A DNA stretch of 64,000 nucleotides, from assembly GCA_036172245.1 (NCBI GenBank), contig JAYWIR010000033.1:2232001-2296000 (forward strand), written 5' to 3'. A program made the translations under genes and the position numbers. The notes beneath the pieces are model-generated. The model ran no database searches, was not told the DNA's origin, and worked only from the letters and a program-made list of their open reading frames with translations. This document shows positions 27,550-40,515 of the stretch, in pieces. Within the stretch, counting starts at the first letter, position 1, and every line of letters begins with the position of its first letter. This DNA is from Raillietiella orientalis (lineage: Eukaryota).

Positions 27550-30200
27550 TTCGTTCCGATGCTGTTGTATCCAGCATGAATTGATGAAGACATGAAATCT
27601 GGTCTTTTTCTTTGAGGGGAAGGGGGGGCGGGCTAACTCGCTCCTCTCGCCAGAGAGTCTTAGGAAAGATTGGCTGCAGGATCTTTAGAAACATTGTCTA
27701 AGCAGAAAAAAGGTCTTTGTTTCAGATAGCACTCCTTGTACCTGTTCAGTTAGTGAAATCTACAAATGCTTCCTACACGGGAAAAGTTCCTGGAGACTGG
27801 AGGATAGGTTTCTTCAAAGCGAGGCATGTTTATGAGAAACAACCTAGGAGGAGAAGAAGGCATGTATTGCCTTGCATTTGTGTTTAGGGCTTTAGACTGA
27901 GTTCCTCCTATCATCCTGCTTATGTTCTGATGTTTCACTCTGTACCCTTCCAGAAAAAAGTTTCTGAATGGAATGCCCTGGCTGCTTTCGGTACCTGCCC
28001 TAAGGAAACCACCATCCTCTCTTTGCCAAAGATTCTAAACGCACTCCTTGCTTCAAATTTCATTTAAAATACTGAGTGGACATCCTTCGATGATGCAAGT
28101 ATTTTCCTGAAGTACACCCTCTCTATTCTTCATCAAGGAAGCGCAATTAGCATGCTTTTTTTTCTCTAACTTTAAGGGCAAGTAAATTATCATATCTTCT
28201 GCCTTGCCGACTCCTTAGCACAACAGCCAAAACCATAAGTGAAATGTGTCGGCTTGCATTTCTCTCCAGAACAAGGAGAAGGAGAAGTCCAAAGTGCTCT
28301 TTTACATCTCTCTAATTTTCGTAACATGAAAAGCAGCATGCAACCAGCATCCAAGTTCGAAGGATCATTTTCTGCTTCACGTGTACAATTCAGTTGTATT
28401 GAAGGGCTTCTAGTTCTTGTTATTTAAATGCACTGAAGGCTTGTGTCTCTCTTCGTAATCTGGAAGAAGGTCAATGAGGGACGGTGTTGGGATGTGGTCT
28501 TCGTGTTGTTCACAAAAACAAAAATATTCGAAAATCACTATGAATGCTTCTCACCTCGCAGAAATGAATCTGATCTGCGTGAACTCTTCAAAGAGACTGT
28601 CCACTTTAACTGCCGGCACGAGTGCACAGTTCCGTGATGGAGGGAGGTTCAGTCAAAATCACCTAGGACACAGCAAGGTTGATCCTGCAAAAGATAGCAA
28701 GGTTATCTTTGCTATCTTTTGCAAAATTAGCATTTTAGTCTTGGTACGCCGTCGAAGTGTTCCATACTCTAAATTGGAGAGATACATCTGCAGGTTCTTG
28801 AAGAAGGTCCTGGTTGCGTCGAGAAAGTCATAACTTCGAGAGCAGCCAAAGGTTTGTAATCGGATTAGCTCCAAGCTCTTGCTGCGAGAAGGAGGAATAA
28901 TGTTGTTGTGGTCCGACCGTCGCAGCAAGGTCACTTTCCCACAACCCTTCCCTACATCCGGCACCGTGAAGATGGTGGCTACTTTAATTATGTGACGCGG
29001 TTTCAAAGCAGCTTTCAAGCAGATCAGCTTGTTTTTCTGAAGTTGCAGGATTATCTTTCGAGTGAGGATGAAGTTTTGACCAGGAATCTCCTTTTTCAAA
29101 AAAAATAGAAGTGATCTGTAAAGTGCTAGAGCTGAGTTGCTGCTCATGCTCAAAGTGTAGTTGATCACCTCGTAAGGACTCAACTTTGACTGGCGAGCAG
29201 ATCCAAATTTTACAAAACACCTTCGAAACACATTCAGGAATGTTCCTTTGACATGTTCGCATGTGCGTTCCTTTTGATTTTGCTGTCCAGGATAGAGAAT
29301 TTGTACTTTCTTTACTAAAAACAGAAAGAAATTGCTGGTTCTGCTTTCTGTCGTCGCTTGGATACCTTCCTGGATGAAGCATCCTTTTCACTCAGGAAGG
29401 CATGCTGGAAACTAAATATCTTCGGTAGATATCGACACCAATTTCCTAGATGGATGTTTTACAGAGAGGATCGCATCAGTCTATGGAAGCCGATCCAACC
29501 TATGTTCTCAGAGGTCAGCGGTTCGTGCTTTTTCTGAATCTTGCGTATCAGTTTTCCCTACAATCATGTGTCTAACCACCCATATGACAGTCGAAAATCA
29601 CTTTAATTATGCCTAGGATCTTTAATATCGCTGAGGTACTGATAATACTAGATTCTAATCAGTTCTGAGCACCTTGCTCTATTGGAAAATTTGGACGAAC
29701 TGTTTTTGGAGCATCTCTTGTGATCATCTGTAATCATATGAACAGTTCATTGGGACGTGGTGATGACGGATTCTGCGATCCTGTGGAATCCAGCAAAGTT
29801 CTTCATGTACTTTTCTTCAGTCTGTCCCAGACCGATATGTCCTCTTAGAGTTCCAACTGCCCTGTGCATAAAGAGCTTCTGTCGTGTGCTTGCCGTTTCT
29901 TTCAGGAAATTCAGTTCGCATACTCTTGATTCCGCCAACGTTAAGGAAGGAAGCACGGACAGATGGAGGAAATTTTTATCATCTTCTTCTGCTCGTCAGC
30001 TTGTCATGGAATTTTTGTTCCATTACTAGCGATCACCCGTTCCTTTCTCCTAGTGCACATCCTGGCAATAGTGTACGTTCGAGCACGTCCTCTTCTGATG
30101 CTTCCTACGTGCCTCTTTGGAAATGTTCAGCTTTCTCCGCACCTCTGCTGTCTCGAGATCCCAGATGCCCTCCTACCATTGAACTCTTGACAAATGAGAG
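27550..30200 (+). pseudogene. Long IR-like pseudogene (putative N-terminal domain through M2)
   Basis: EVSGSCFF*ILRISF; IFFCSSACHGIFVPLLAITRSFLLVHIL; SAFSAPLLSRDPRCPPTIELL (cf. AFSA.L+S.L..P..I). The 5' 1.8 kb is assigned only by position. Confidence 0.4.
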
Positions 30201-30299
30201 AGGTAAGTGGTTTGTAAGCGCATTGACACCTCGTGCTTGCGCCCAAGGACGATACATGCCAGTAGATGGACTCGCTGTCTCCACCATTCTCCTGGACCG

Positions 30300-30977
30300 C
30301 TTAGTGCTTTCCCTTCAACGTCAATTCGGGGCGAGACCCTCCTTGTACTGCTGAAGTCGCCAGTGCAACCGGCTCCGGCATTGCTGGAGGAGAGGGAATG
30401 CCGTATGCAGGGCGACAGAATGCCTCCCCCTTCCCCTCCCCTTCCCGATCCTGCTTTTGGACTGCAAGTTCTCCACAGCGGGTAGCAAAGCCCAGAGGAC
30501 TCCTTTCGAGAGCCTCGAGTCAGTTCCCTACGACCCAACGACTTTCTACCGCTAGCCGGCTGGTGGTGCTGTGGCGCAACCTTGCAGCAGTCGCGGCTCG
30601 CCACCCAACGGAGCACCGACGGGATTGGAGGACTGCCGAACGCCTCATCCCTCTCGTGATGATGATCATTCGAGATGGCCTCATCTCCATCAAGGAACGG
30701 AAGGCGGCACCGCGAGAATCAAGGACAGACTGGGGCGAAGTTGCCTTTGCCCTTTCCCCCGTTCCTGTCTTGGTTCCAAAAGCATGTGCTCCTCATAATT
30801 TGTGACCTTTACTTTATTTTTCCCGTTTATTTTTTTTTTTCTTCGTTTTATTGCGCCAGCTTCCTGGAAACGTCCATTTTCGTCCATTTTCTTCACTGCC
30901 TGTCTGCAAGTCGGTTGAATCCAATGTATAAAGTTATTGTGTATGTAATGCAAAGAATGTTCCAGAGTGATCGGGTC
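30300..30977 (+). mobile_element. L1/Tx1-type LINE 3' fragment
   Basis: CNRLRHCW..ILLLDCK zinc-finger remnant, RWPHL, T-rich 3'UTR, decayed terminal motif aaagaatgttccagagtgatcgggt at 30952-30976. Confidence 0.65.
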
Positions 30978-30989
30978 GCAAACAATCTC

Positions 30990-31920
30990 TCCTGCGGTTG
31001 GGAGCACGCCATTGGAGAGTTCCTTTCCTGTCTTGACGCTTGCAGAGTCGTCGAAGGAACTCGTAATAGAACCCTTGCCTTACCTTCATCCTGGGTCTGC
31101 TAGATACGACTTCACCTTCCCAATGTTTTCCTGGAATAATCTGGTTGACATCGGCCAAATCCTAGCGCGGGGTAGCTTGGGGTAGCTTCTTGGTCTCGAG
31201 TCAAAAGCTTTTCCGTGGTCGTCGTCTGGCTTGTGATCCAACTGTCGAAGTCTGTCCACCTCCCGTCTTGTTTGCAACATGCGATCGGTGCCGTGTCAGC
31301 TGAGCAATGCCTGCAAGGTCGACCCTTACACAGCATGAATAAGTCGTTAATCTCGGGTGTTGTTGTCCGTTGAGCAGAAAATGCCCTCGAGCCAAATACT
31401 GATCAGGGCACGGCATGACTCTTCTTTGACGTGGGTGCTTTGTAACAAGGGAGGCCCGTGCTAACCTCCCTTGAAGAGTGTGACGACCGAAGATTTTCTT
31501 CCTCATTTTTGTGTCGAAAGTGGGCCTGACCATTCGAAAGTATACACGACCGTGATCATCAAGAGTGGACGTGACTATTTGGAAGTGGATATGGCTAACG
31601 CGTGAAGATTCTGCAAAGATGGACTTAAAAGGCTGGATCAGTGCTTGATATAGATGGTGTGTTTCCGTTCTCGGAGAAGAGATGAGCGTTATCTAGACCT
31701 TCGGAGATCTAGACAATGCCCCCGCAGACTCTTCTCCTAGCCACTTTCCTTCTCCCTCAGTGGCGCCGCGCGCTCTTGGAGTTCTCGGGTTCCCACATCC
31801 TCGCAGATGAGTGGCTGCGATATAGAATCTCTTTGCTAAGAGCTTCTGCTGAGACCACGTGAACCTTCCACTGGCTTCTTGCAGGACACGCAGTCGACTC
31901 TGTCCGGAGATGTTAGCAGC
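30990..31920 (-). other. Candidate EVE: mononegaviral L capping (PRNTase) region
   Basis: FYIAATHLR/RMW; PFKSIFAESSRVSHIHFQIVTSTLDD; GQQHPRLTTYSCCVRVDLAG. This order is collinear with LR..W, PY+GS.T.E, then the HR-adjacent G.PN..TH..TD.G. Confidence 0.4.
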
Positions 31921-32779
31921 TTCGAGCCTCTCTCCATTCTTCTATGCCCTTTTTTAAAAACGATCCTTTCTACTAATGACAATAGGAAGGAGGGAGGAAA
32001 GGGAGAGAATGGATGAGTAAATTGGTAAATGAAGGCAGATCAAGAACCCTGAGCTGAATTAGCTCTAGTCCATCTCTATCCTGCGGGGAGGCTTTGTCAG
32101 GAAGGAGGGTCTCACATTCGACTGAATCGACAACTTGAAGGAGTGCTGCCCGAAATCCCTTTTATCCCGGCAGTCTCTAGTGGTTCCACAGCCAGCTCGC
32201 TCCAGGATCTTCTCTCTACTAAATTTCAGGAGATACAGTGACTGACCACGTGATCACTTTCTTTTTTCAAGTCCGTCCTCTTGCACTGTACAAGGAGAGC
32301 TGGATTTACCTAGGCTCTATGCCAGCGGCGCTTGTCTGTGTCAGTGGCCTCGTTCAAAGTTTCTGGACTTCCTCCGTTGTTTAGGACCGAGCTGACCACG
32401 CTCAGAGGACATCCGCATGGAGCCTTCCTGTAGTACTTTCTGCTGCCACCGTCAGGATCTGCGCCGGAGGCAGTTCGTGGAGAACTCTCACCCAAAGCGT
32501 TCTGAACGGAGCGTTGGCTTCACTCCCAATCTCTGGAAACTTAGGAATCGCTGCCTCACGGCGGCAGAACATAGCTTGATAGAAACGGTTCTATCCCAGC
32601 AGTTTGGTCTGGAGCGCTGGACGCTCGAGTGCCGTCCATCTTGAGGGCTGCTGGCTGCTTTCGCAAGCAATTCATCCCACTTTATTTTTTTCCTTTCCTT
32701 TCCTTCTGATTCTTATTAGACGGCTGATGCATGGTCTTACTTTTCTCTCCTTTGAGTAAAAGAAGTGAAGAAAGGATTC

Positions 32780-33322
32780 CATTCGAAGCCTGTGGCGGAG
32801 ACTATCTTGGGCGCTCCGTAGACCGCAGGTCACTGCAATAGACAGAATCGCTGCAGCAATTCTTCACAGAAAGAGGACTGAAGAAGGACGCTGTGATAGC
32901 AACAACCGCTTACGTCTGCGCCATAGCGAGAGTCCACCATGTTCTGGAATCAAGTTCGAGGCGAAGGGAAGTCACCAGCATGAAAGCAGCTCTCATGAGG
33001 GCAGCAGCAAGGTGCCCTCATCTGCCAGAGGAAGTCTCCAGGGAGATAGCCGTCATTCACAGCCACTTCTGAAAATTAAGGAACGTTTCATGCCATGGAC
33101 CCCTATCCCCACCCTTCCTCTTTTTTTATTTATTTATTGTTCCCTCCCTCCGTTTCCTAATTTTCGGAAGCCGGCGTGCGTGCCGGTGGTCATCCCTGAT
33201 CAGCTTCTTTTTTAGGGGAGGGGGGGCTTTTCTTGTTTTTTGAAGGGATTCTTTTCCCTCCCAACTTGTGGTTTATTTTTTTTGTTTTTTGCAAAGCAAA
33301 CGCCCTGGAGTAATCGGGTTTA
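32780..33322 (+). mobile_element. LINE 3' fragment, subfamily B
   Basis: FFTERGLKKDAVIATT..AARCPHLPEEVSREIAVIH..PLSPP is homologous to 39510..40010(-); hexaloop hairpin 33170-33187; terminal motif 33297-33320. Confidence 0.8.
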
Positions 33323-33399
33323 AACCTTCTTGACTCCAAGGATCGGGGACGCCCACGGATATGGATCCTTTTTCAACAGCGTTTCAGACTCGCATGCAT

Positions 33400-34240
33400 T
33401 GCTTCCTGGGCTCATATGTGAGCTTCAAGAAGGCTTCCTTTTAGCTCGAGGGCAGTTGGAACCGTTTGAATGTAGATGGTCGTGATCTCTTTGATGCAAA
33501 GTGGAAAGCTTTCTGTGATTTACACCTGGAAGTCTTCCTACTCCTCGTCGTTGTGATTGCCGAGTATGCAACACACTTGCTGAACACCAATGTAGGGAGT
33601 TCTCAGTGAGACTACCAGAAAGCTGGTCCGTCAAATATCATTGCCTATCTGACCATAACAATGACACAATGAGACGAGAGAATGCGATTCAACAAAAGAA
33701 CATGGAGGCAGTAGCATGAGACAAGGAGAGAGACAACGGGATGAAGCAGCACGATGTCTCGATGGAGAATCGAGGCTCGGGTTCTCGATGATCAGAATAT
33801 CATCGATGTTTGGTAACCAAACGTCATAGTCATGTGAAATTTCGTGGAGCAAAGCGGAGAATCCACTGGCGGGCACACGCCGAGAGTTCTCTACCGGCTT
33901 AGAAATATAGCCATGACAACACAACATAGCAACGAGAATATAGTCATTAGAGAAGTGCATAACTGAAGCAGAGGTTTCCAAAGCCATATGTAGGGAATCC
34001 GTGCATCTGACACGCACATGAGAAAAGAAAATTGCCTCCTGCCCACGCCTGGTTCAACATGGGGCAGCATGGCATCTCTTGCTGCAACACATCCGGATCG
34101 AGGGAAGACCATATCCTTCGTTGGGCAGCTCGGACTTAAGGGCACTCTCTGTTCATTAGCCAACACCGTGGAATCGCAGATCGTACGTGTTTTCGTGCCG
34201 TGCGGCGCAACCTTCTACCTGTGAGGGCATCGCCCACCAG
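33400..34240 (-). pseudogene. IR-like relic (M1-P-M2)
   Basis: PYIWLWKPLLQLCTSLMTIFSLLCCVVMAIFLSR (M1); MTFGYQT..HRDIVLLHPVVSLLVSCY. Confidence 0.35.
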
Positions 34241-35465
34241 GACAGAACTGATCTCTAGTGAAGAAGACGGGAAAGGTAGGCAGGATAGCTTCCTCGCGTT
34301 CTCAGCCAGATGGGTCACCAGCCAGAGCCATGACCATGGCAAGCTATGATAGACTGGTGATTCAGATCAAGAAGGCATTAGGATTTGATAGGCGCCAACC
34401 AAAGTGGTCTTGGAACACGCTTGAAGCTGTTTCTGGAGAGCAAAAAGAAGTCGGCTGCTCCTATGAGTATGTGCCAAGGACGTTGGAAGAAGCGCAGCAG
34501 AAGCAGATGGAGAGAGAACTGACTTTCCACTTAGCTTCCTATGGACGGCCTGCTTTGGTAAGGCAGTAGCAGTTGAATCTTCGGACTCTTGAGATACAGT
34601 AGACGACGGAATTAAAAATTTCCAGCGAGCAGGAGGGACGCCTGATAAAAGGGATAGAGCTCTCGAACACAAAGTATTTCTAGGATGTGTACTGGACATA
34701 GCGAATGGGTCATCTCTGGAACCTGAGGAAGCTGCCGTCCTCCGACGATACAGAGTCAGAAGGGCTCGGCCCGACGGTTGGATGCTGGATCTACGCTGGA
34801 CCCTTCCTGGGACCGGGAGCTTCGACTCGCGAGTCACTGACGACACTCCTCAGCGGACTCTGACTCGCTTGGCCACCGCCCTGCTGTCCACAGCAACAAA
34901 CACTTCCCGCGGTATTCGACGGCGACCATGGCCTAATGTTCGGTTCATCCCTCAGCTTCAGCGCTGCTTATGGGAGAATGCCGTGGATTCAGCAGTCCGG
35001 GCTCCACAGTTCGAGCAATCCGGAATGTGCTCCGATTTCAATTTTGAGGAGATCGAAGACATTTCGGCCTCAAGGTCCCCAGTCATTCGATTTACTGGAT
35101 GGGACTTCCCGCTCCAAAAATCGCCAACTGATCCCGTGGAAAACTTTTGCAAGGAACCACTTGAAAGGCGGGTAGATTCGATGGAATGTTTTGGAATGTT
35201 CTGGAATTCTCCAATCCACGTTTTCCAGACAAAGTAGTCCACTCATTCTCCGAAACCTCCACCCTATAAAGCCCCACATCGCGGGAACACTCGGTCAATA
35301 GAATTTGGGTGAATTTTTCGGTATCCATCTGATTCTTTGCATTTTTCGGTCTCCTTTTTTTAGATTCGTCTCCGGTAGCTGCTGACGTCTGCTCGCTCAG
35401 CACAGGAGAATTTCGTTTTCGATGCTTCTCTGTGTTCCTTTTTATTTTTATTTTTCAGTTTTTCC

Positions 35466-35490
35466 GTGTGTGTGTGTGTGTGTGTGTGTG
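35466..35490 (+). repeat. (GT)n microsatellite
   Basis: Direct read. Confidence 0.95.
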
Positions 35491-35699
35491 TTTCATAAGT
35501 TGATGCGTGTCGGTTTCCATGCCTTCGAAAATTTCTTTTTTCCGTGCTTCGCAGCCGCGTAATTCGCATCAGCATTCTTAGGGAATCTTCATTGGCAATC
35601 GCGTGGGAATGATCCCTCCGGATTTCTTCACGTGAACTTTCTGTCCGAGTCACGCCTTCAGTTCGGGCTTTCCCCCTGCTGGAGCTGTGGGCGGGGCGC

Positions 35700-36963
35700 T
35701 GCAGGCAACTCTCTGATTCATTCCCCCACCCCCTCCTCCCTTCTTTCTGTTAAAGCGAGCTCTCTACCGCTTTCGTGTGTGGCACCCAGAGCGATCCCTT
35801 CATGTCCCGACCGCTACCACTTTCCCTGGCGGGAAGCGCTCCTGGAAGCTTCCGCGACGCTCCTGACTTTCAGGGTCGAATTTCAAAATTCATCACCAGT
35901 GGAGAACTTCAGGCCTCGTGGCGCAGGCATGGAGCACCAGCTCCATGCCTGGACCCAGACCAGGTGCGTGTCTGCACGCCTCCTGGTCGGGCAATTCGCG
36001 AGATGCGAGGGACTTTCTTCGTTCCATCGCACTGTGGACTAGCCAGACCCGCCGAGGGCTGCGCTGACCAGGGAGAACGTCTGGATCTACTGCTGCATTG
36101 CGAACGGTGGTGTCTGGCTACAGAAAACCGTTTGCACGCGGGAAGAGTGCAACGACGCGAGGCCAGGGTCACGTCAGCGACTGCTGCACTTCTACGACAA
36201 CCGCTCGCTGCAGGACGTCATCGTGCAGTCCACCATGTGTACGTGGGCAGAACGGACCTCCCTAGCCACGGCACTGCACTCCCTCAGAGAGCGCCTGGGT
36301 TACTATCCAGGCGCTCCCTTGGGACTGTCTCCCTACTGGAGACAATCCCAGGCCCAGTAGGTCAAGTGGGAGGTCAGTTGAGAAATACATCTTCGGACGA
36401 AGAAACTAGGTGATTGGATCACGATCCAACTCACGGAAGCTGCTACCCTAAGTGCTTCGCCGATGGGACTATAACCTGGGGCGAGCTGCTGGGAATCTCA
36501 CAGGAAGACCTCGAGTGGCCCCTAGTGCTGAAGAACACAAGCACCTTCCCCCTAAAGTGACAAGGATCGGCACTTTTTCTGTTGCTCTGGGACCTACTGT
36601 GCAACGCCTGCCGGTCCCACTGGACCTGGGGCTGTGGATACGAGCTATGGAAAATGAGGGGAACGGGAATCTCAGCTCTCGCACCTGCTTGCAGAATGTG
36701 TCCTGCCCCTGTAGTTGCGTTACTCAACGTCCCTTGGGATACCGGAGACAATCCAGGGACGTGATGAAGCGTATCTTTGTGCACGACGCCCAGAAGCTCT
36801 TTGCTGCCTACGTGGGATTATGGCAGCCTGGAATTTTGCAAAAGAACGACGAAACAAGAAGGGTGCCGTCTGCTTCTCCCTGCGCTTTCTTCGGAAGGCA
36901 GCAATATGGTCCCATCTGGGACATACTCAGAAGGAACTTGCTAGCATCCTGGAAAGGATGTAG
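35700..36963 (+). mobile_element. LINE fragment, ORF2 C-terminal region (subfamily A); 5' part possibly UTR/ORF1
   Basis: LLGISQEDLEWPLVLKNTSTFPLK*QGSALFLLLW..LSHLLAEC..LRGIMAAW..WSHL matches the copy at 38752-39330; 36160-36400 is homologous to 63815-64000. Confidence 0.8.
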
Positions 36964-37330
36964 AGGACTGTCAAAGGTTAGGAGAATAGGAACTCCTCCC
37001 GCACCTGCTAATGGACTGCGTTGCCCTCCAGCCCCTATGTGAACGTTTCGGGACGACCCTGGGGATTTCGGTTGGCAAGCCCAGGGGCGTTTTCAAACTC
37101 CGCTTCTCGTGGGATGCCCTACCGCCGGCTGCATCCCTAGCAGCTCTCTGCTTCATCCGCGGGATTGTGTTGGCTTGGTGCAAACGCTGAATGGGGAATG
37201 AACGGAAAGGACGACATCGCGCATGCACCTCGCTTTCCGTGGATAGCAGCAAGTTGGCCTCACCTGAATGCCATGCGGACGGACCTAGCTGGAATCCCTC
37301 CTGCGGACAGTGATCCCTTCCTGATTCCTT
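36964..37330 (+). mobile_element. Second tandem LINE ORF2 zinc-finger fragment
   Basis: DCQRLGE*ELLPHLLMDCVALQPL..LCFIRGIVLAW..WPHL..DPF. Confidence 0.8.
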
Positions 37331-37849
37331 CAGGAGTCAGGTGCGTTCTCTTTGAAAGCATGTATCAGTCCTTCAAGGTCGATGTGTGATCCCTGGCTGA
37401 TCATTGCCATCCACTGTGATCTGGGAATTCTCCATTTTTTGCTGAGGGCAGTGTCGAACCTTCAGGGCTTCCCCCCCCCCAGGTGTAACATTCTGGGAGA
37501 GGGCGCAAGTCTTCCAATTGACGACTTTGATGGACTGAGACCCGTGCTCGTTGCGGTTTCGTAACTCAGAATGGGAAATGCCTACCCTGAGCGCTATCTT
37601 CTGGGACTTTCGCATTGGAGTCGCGGTCCGGAAACTGCAGGTCTAACTCGAGAGAAGCTGGAACGGCGGTGGACTCTCTCCTGAACTAGATGTTCCCTTG
37701 GAATCATGCTACTTTGGGAGGCTCGAGTGACCCCATGAATTTAAAAGAAGCGGAGTGGACCCTCGATGACGTGGCCCAACGGAGTGAGAGAAGCAAAGGC
37801 TGAAGATTGAACCGTAGTCGGTAGGGAGAAAGAATGGAAACACCGGATG

Positions 37850-39475
37850 ACCGTCTCATATGCTCTTCGATCAGGAAACTTTCCGATGAAGACTCTTGGT
37901 CGTCAGACTGTGTTTCTTGGGATCCTCTCACCCATGGCCTCGGCATTAGAGATTTTTTTTGATCCGCTCAGCCGCGGGATAGGACTCGAGGTGAACAGAT
38001 CGAAGTCGTCGGTGGTAGCGAATGGTGCAACGTGGGCAGGACGACCTGATGGATCCGCCTGGGGATCTCCACGGAGAGGTACTTAAAGTACCTTGGCGTT
38101 CCGTTTGGGGACTTCTGTTAGTCAGAAGCTTGGTCAGGTCGTCTTCAGAAGATGGAGTTGGCGATCGGCCCTTTCCTGGAAGGCAAGTTTTACTTGCCGG
38201 AACGGGCCGCGGCGTGGAACGCGTTCGCGCCCCCCCGGGCGGGAGGGCAGTCTCGGCCTCCTGACGCTGGAGGGGATGGAAATACAGCTGCGATGGCGAA
38301 CCTTGGCCATCGCGGCGAAGTACTGCAGCACACCCATTGGTGCGTTCGGGCCCACCTCCTCGCCAGACGTGTATCCAGAGCGGGAAGGCTCTCCTCTTTT
38401 CTCCTGTTCCCCAGCCGGAAAATAAGAAGATGCGTCCTTCTCCTCAGACGCATGGCCACCCTGGCCAAGGAGAACGGTTGGATGATCTGCAGCCCCGCCA
38501 ACTCCAGTGTATGGCTGGAAGAAACAGTTGGCACGTGGGCGAAGCCCAATCAGTCTGGAGGTGAATCTTGGAACCGCCTGCGAACCGGCATCTACGTCCG
38601 CTGTCCGCTGCGGAAGATTCTCGAGAGTCCCGCCAGGAGCACGTGGGCGGAGACGAACCAACTGACCACCGCTCTGCCCTTCTTGAGGAAGGCGCTCGGC
38701 AGCAGTTGAACGCCGGATAGCAGGCAGGGAGAAGAGTTAAGCGGTTGGACCATGAGGGAGCTGGCCGACGCCACGACCCCGAGAGTCCTTCCGCGACGAC
38801 TGAAGAAATGGGGCGAGCAGCTCAGCATCCCGATGGATGATCTGAAGTGGCCCCCAGTATTGAGAAATGCATCCACCCTCCCCCTCAAGTGGCAGGAGTC
38901 GGCGCTTCTGTTGTTGCACTGGGGCCTCCCCTGCAACGCGCACCTCCATCACTGGACGCTGGGGAGGGTCAGAACTGTGCAGTTTGCGGGGAAAAGGAAT
39001 CCCTCCCCCACCTGTTAGTGGACTGCTCTGCCCTCCGGCCCTTGTAGGTACGGTTTGCGACGACGCTTCGGATCACGGTCGGCAGCCTCCCCAGAGACGT
39101 TGTGCGTTTCCTCTTTGTGCGGGACTCCCTACAACCAGCCTCAGCCCTGACAGCACTCTGCTTCCTCCGAGGGATTGTGGCTGCGTAGAGCGCAACCGAC
39201 AGAAGAAGCAGCGAAAGTGACGCCATCGTACACGCGGCTCGCTACCTGCGAATTGAGATTGGATAGTCCCATCTGGAAAGTATGTAGAGGGACCTCGACG
39301 GCATCCTGCAAAGGATGGACTCTCCCTCCAGCGGATTGTGATCCCTTCCCGGCCCTCCGAAGTGTTTCTTTTTTTGTTTTCGTTTTCTTTTTCTTTTTGT
39401 TTTTCCCCCATCCCCCCCCCGCTGCCGAGGAGAGTCGCGCCGGTCTGCGTACCGGCGATCCGGCAGGCTCGGTTT
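37850..39475 (+). mobile_element. 5'-truncated L1/Tx1-clade LINE (copy A): end of RT, thumb, CCHC finger, 3'UTR; its terminus resumes at 40515-40545
   Basis: GIGLEVNRSKS, YLKYLGVPF, PGREGSLGL, LPLKWQESALLLLHWGLP, CAVCGEKESLPHLLVDC (CX2C..HX4C), T-rich UTR. Confidence 0.88.
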
Positions 39476-39477
39476 CC

Positions 39478-40515
39478 CGCCCGGGTACTCTGGGGATTCT
39501 ATTACTAAACTATCCGGGAGCAGGGTTCCCGGACAAAGGACACAGAAAAAACGAAGGAGGAGATCCCCGACATGCAGGTCGGTAAACCGAAAGTCCGGAA
39601 CGGGAGGAAGGGACCACAAATACACTCATAAAAAAATACGGGAGGGGAGGGGACAGGGGTCTTTGGTACGGCCGTTCCTTCCTTTCAGAACCGGCGAGAT
39701 GGATGCCGGTGATCTCGCTCCTAACGTTCTCTGGAAGATGGGCCCACTCGGCCGCCGACGTCATGTTCTCGCCGGCTATTCCGGTGGCCTGTCGACGAAT
39801 CGCCTGCCTCTCCAGCTCTCGGTGGGCCTTGTCGATGGCGACCGTTGCGATGACAGCACCTGAAGACAGGCCGCCTAGTGTGAAGAAGCGGCCCATCAAG
39901 GCTCTTGCGGTGTCCCCTGGTGCTGGAGAGATGAGGCCAGCCTCCGCCACAGTCCTTGGAGGGCACCGCAGTCCAGGAGCAGGTGCGTGAGCGTTTCCAC
40001 TTCCCCGCACCGCTTACAGTTCGGGGAGACAACTCCCCCGGAAACACCTCCCAGTTCGTCCGCTGGTTGGAGTGAAAACCCCAATGCACCAGCATGATGA
40101 CGTCCTGCTTCCACGAAAGGGGGAACACAGAAGTGTTCAAACAGGAGGGAGGGACCACAAGTTCTTCGGAGGGCACACTCAAGTGTTCACTCCACCGAAG
40201 TAGTCCCTTCGAGATGTGGCGAGGCGTGGCGGCGTCTGCCAGCTCTCCTCCAACCGCCTATGGGTCGTGTTGTTCCTGCGATGTGCAGGCGACCTCCCAA
40301 GTCGCCGGTAGGCAGCTGTCATCAGCGTCCCTGAGGGTGAGTCGGCGAGGGGCGTGACGGCCAGGCGAGTCCACTTCTCCTGAATGTTCCAGACCTCATC
40401 CATCGTGCAGTACGGGGAGAAGTTGGCGCAACGGAGTTCCAAGAGCGGAACATCCTGTTGCAGGCCCTGTTGTATTGGCCGTCGCGTGGTCCAGTACCAC
40501 TAACGTATAGAGACT
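39478..40515 (-). mobile_element. LINE 3' fragment (copy B) nested antisense in the 3'UTR of copy A
   Basis: FPLSWKQDVIMLVHWG, CKRCGEVETLTHLLLDC, WAHLP; own terminal motif aatagaatccccagagtacccggg on the - strand at ~39480-39503. Confidence 0.85.

Noticed and set aside
27792..27930. Mab-21/cGLR-like WRIGF...SSYH spacing
   Set aside because: No nucleotidyltransferase motifs were seen upstream, a stop lies between the motifs, and the downstream sequence reads as IR-like; probably chance, though a profile search would settle it.
33790..33810. RT-like NIDDILI on the - strand
   Set aside because: It lacks the Y/F of YxDD and has no upstream LPFG/QG motif; the other frames look like membrane segments.
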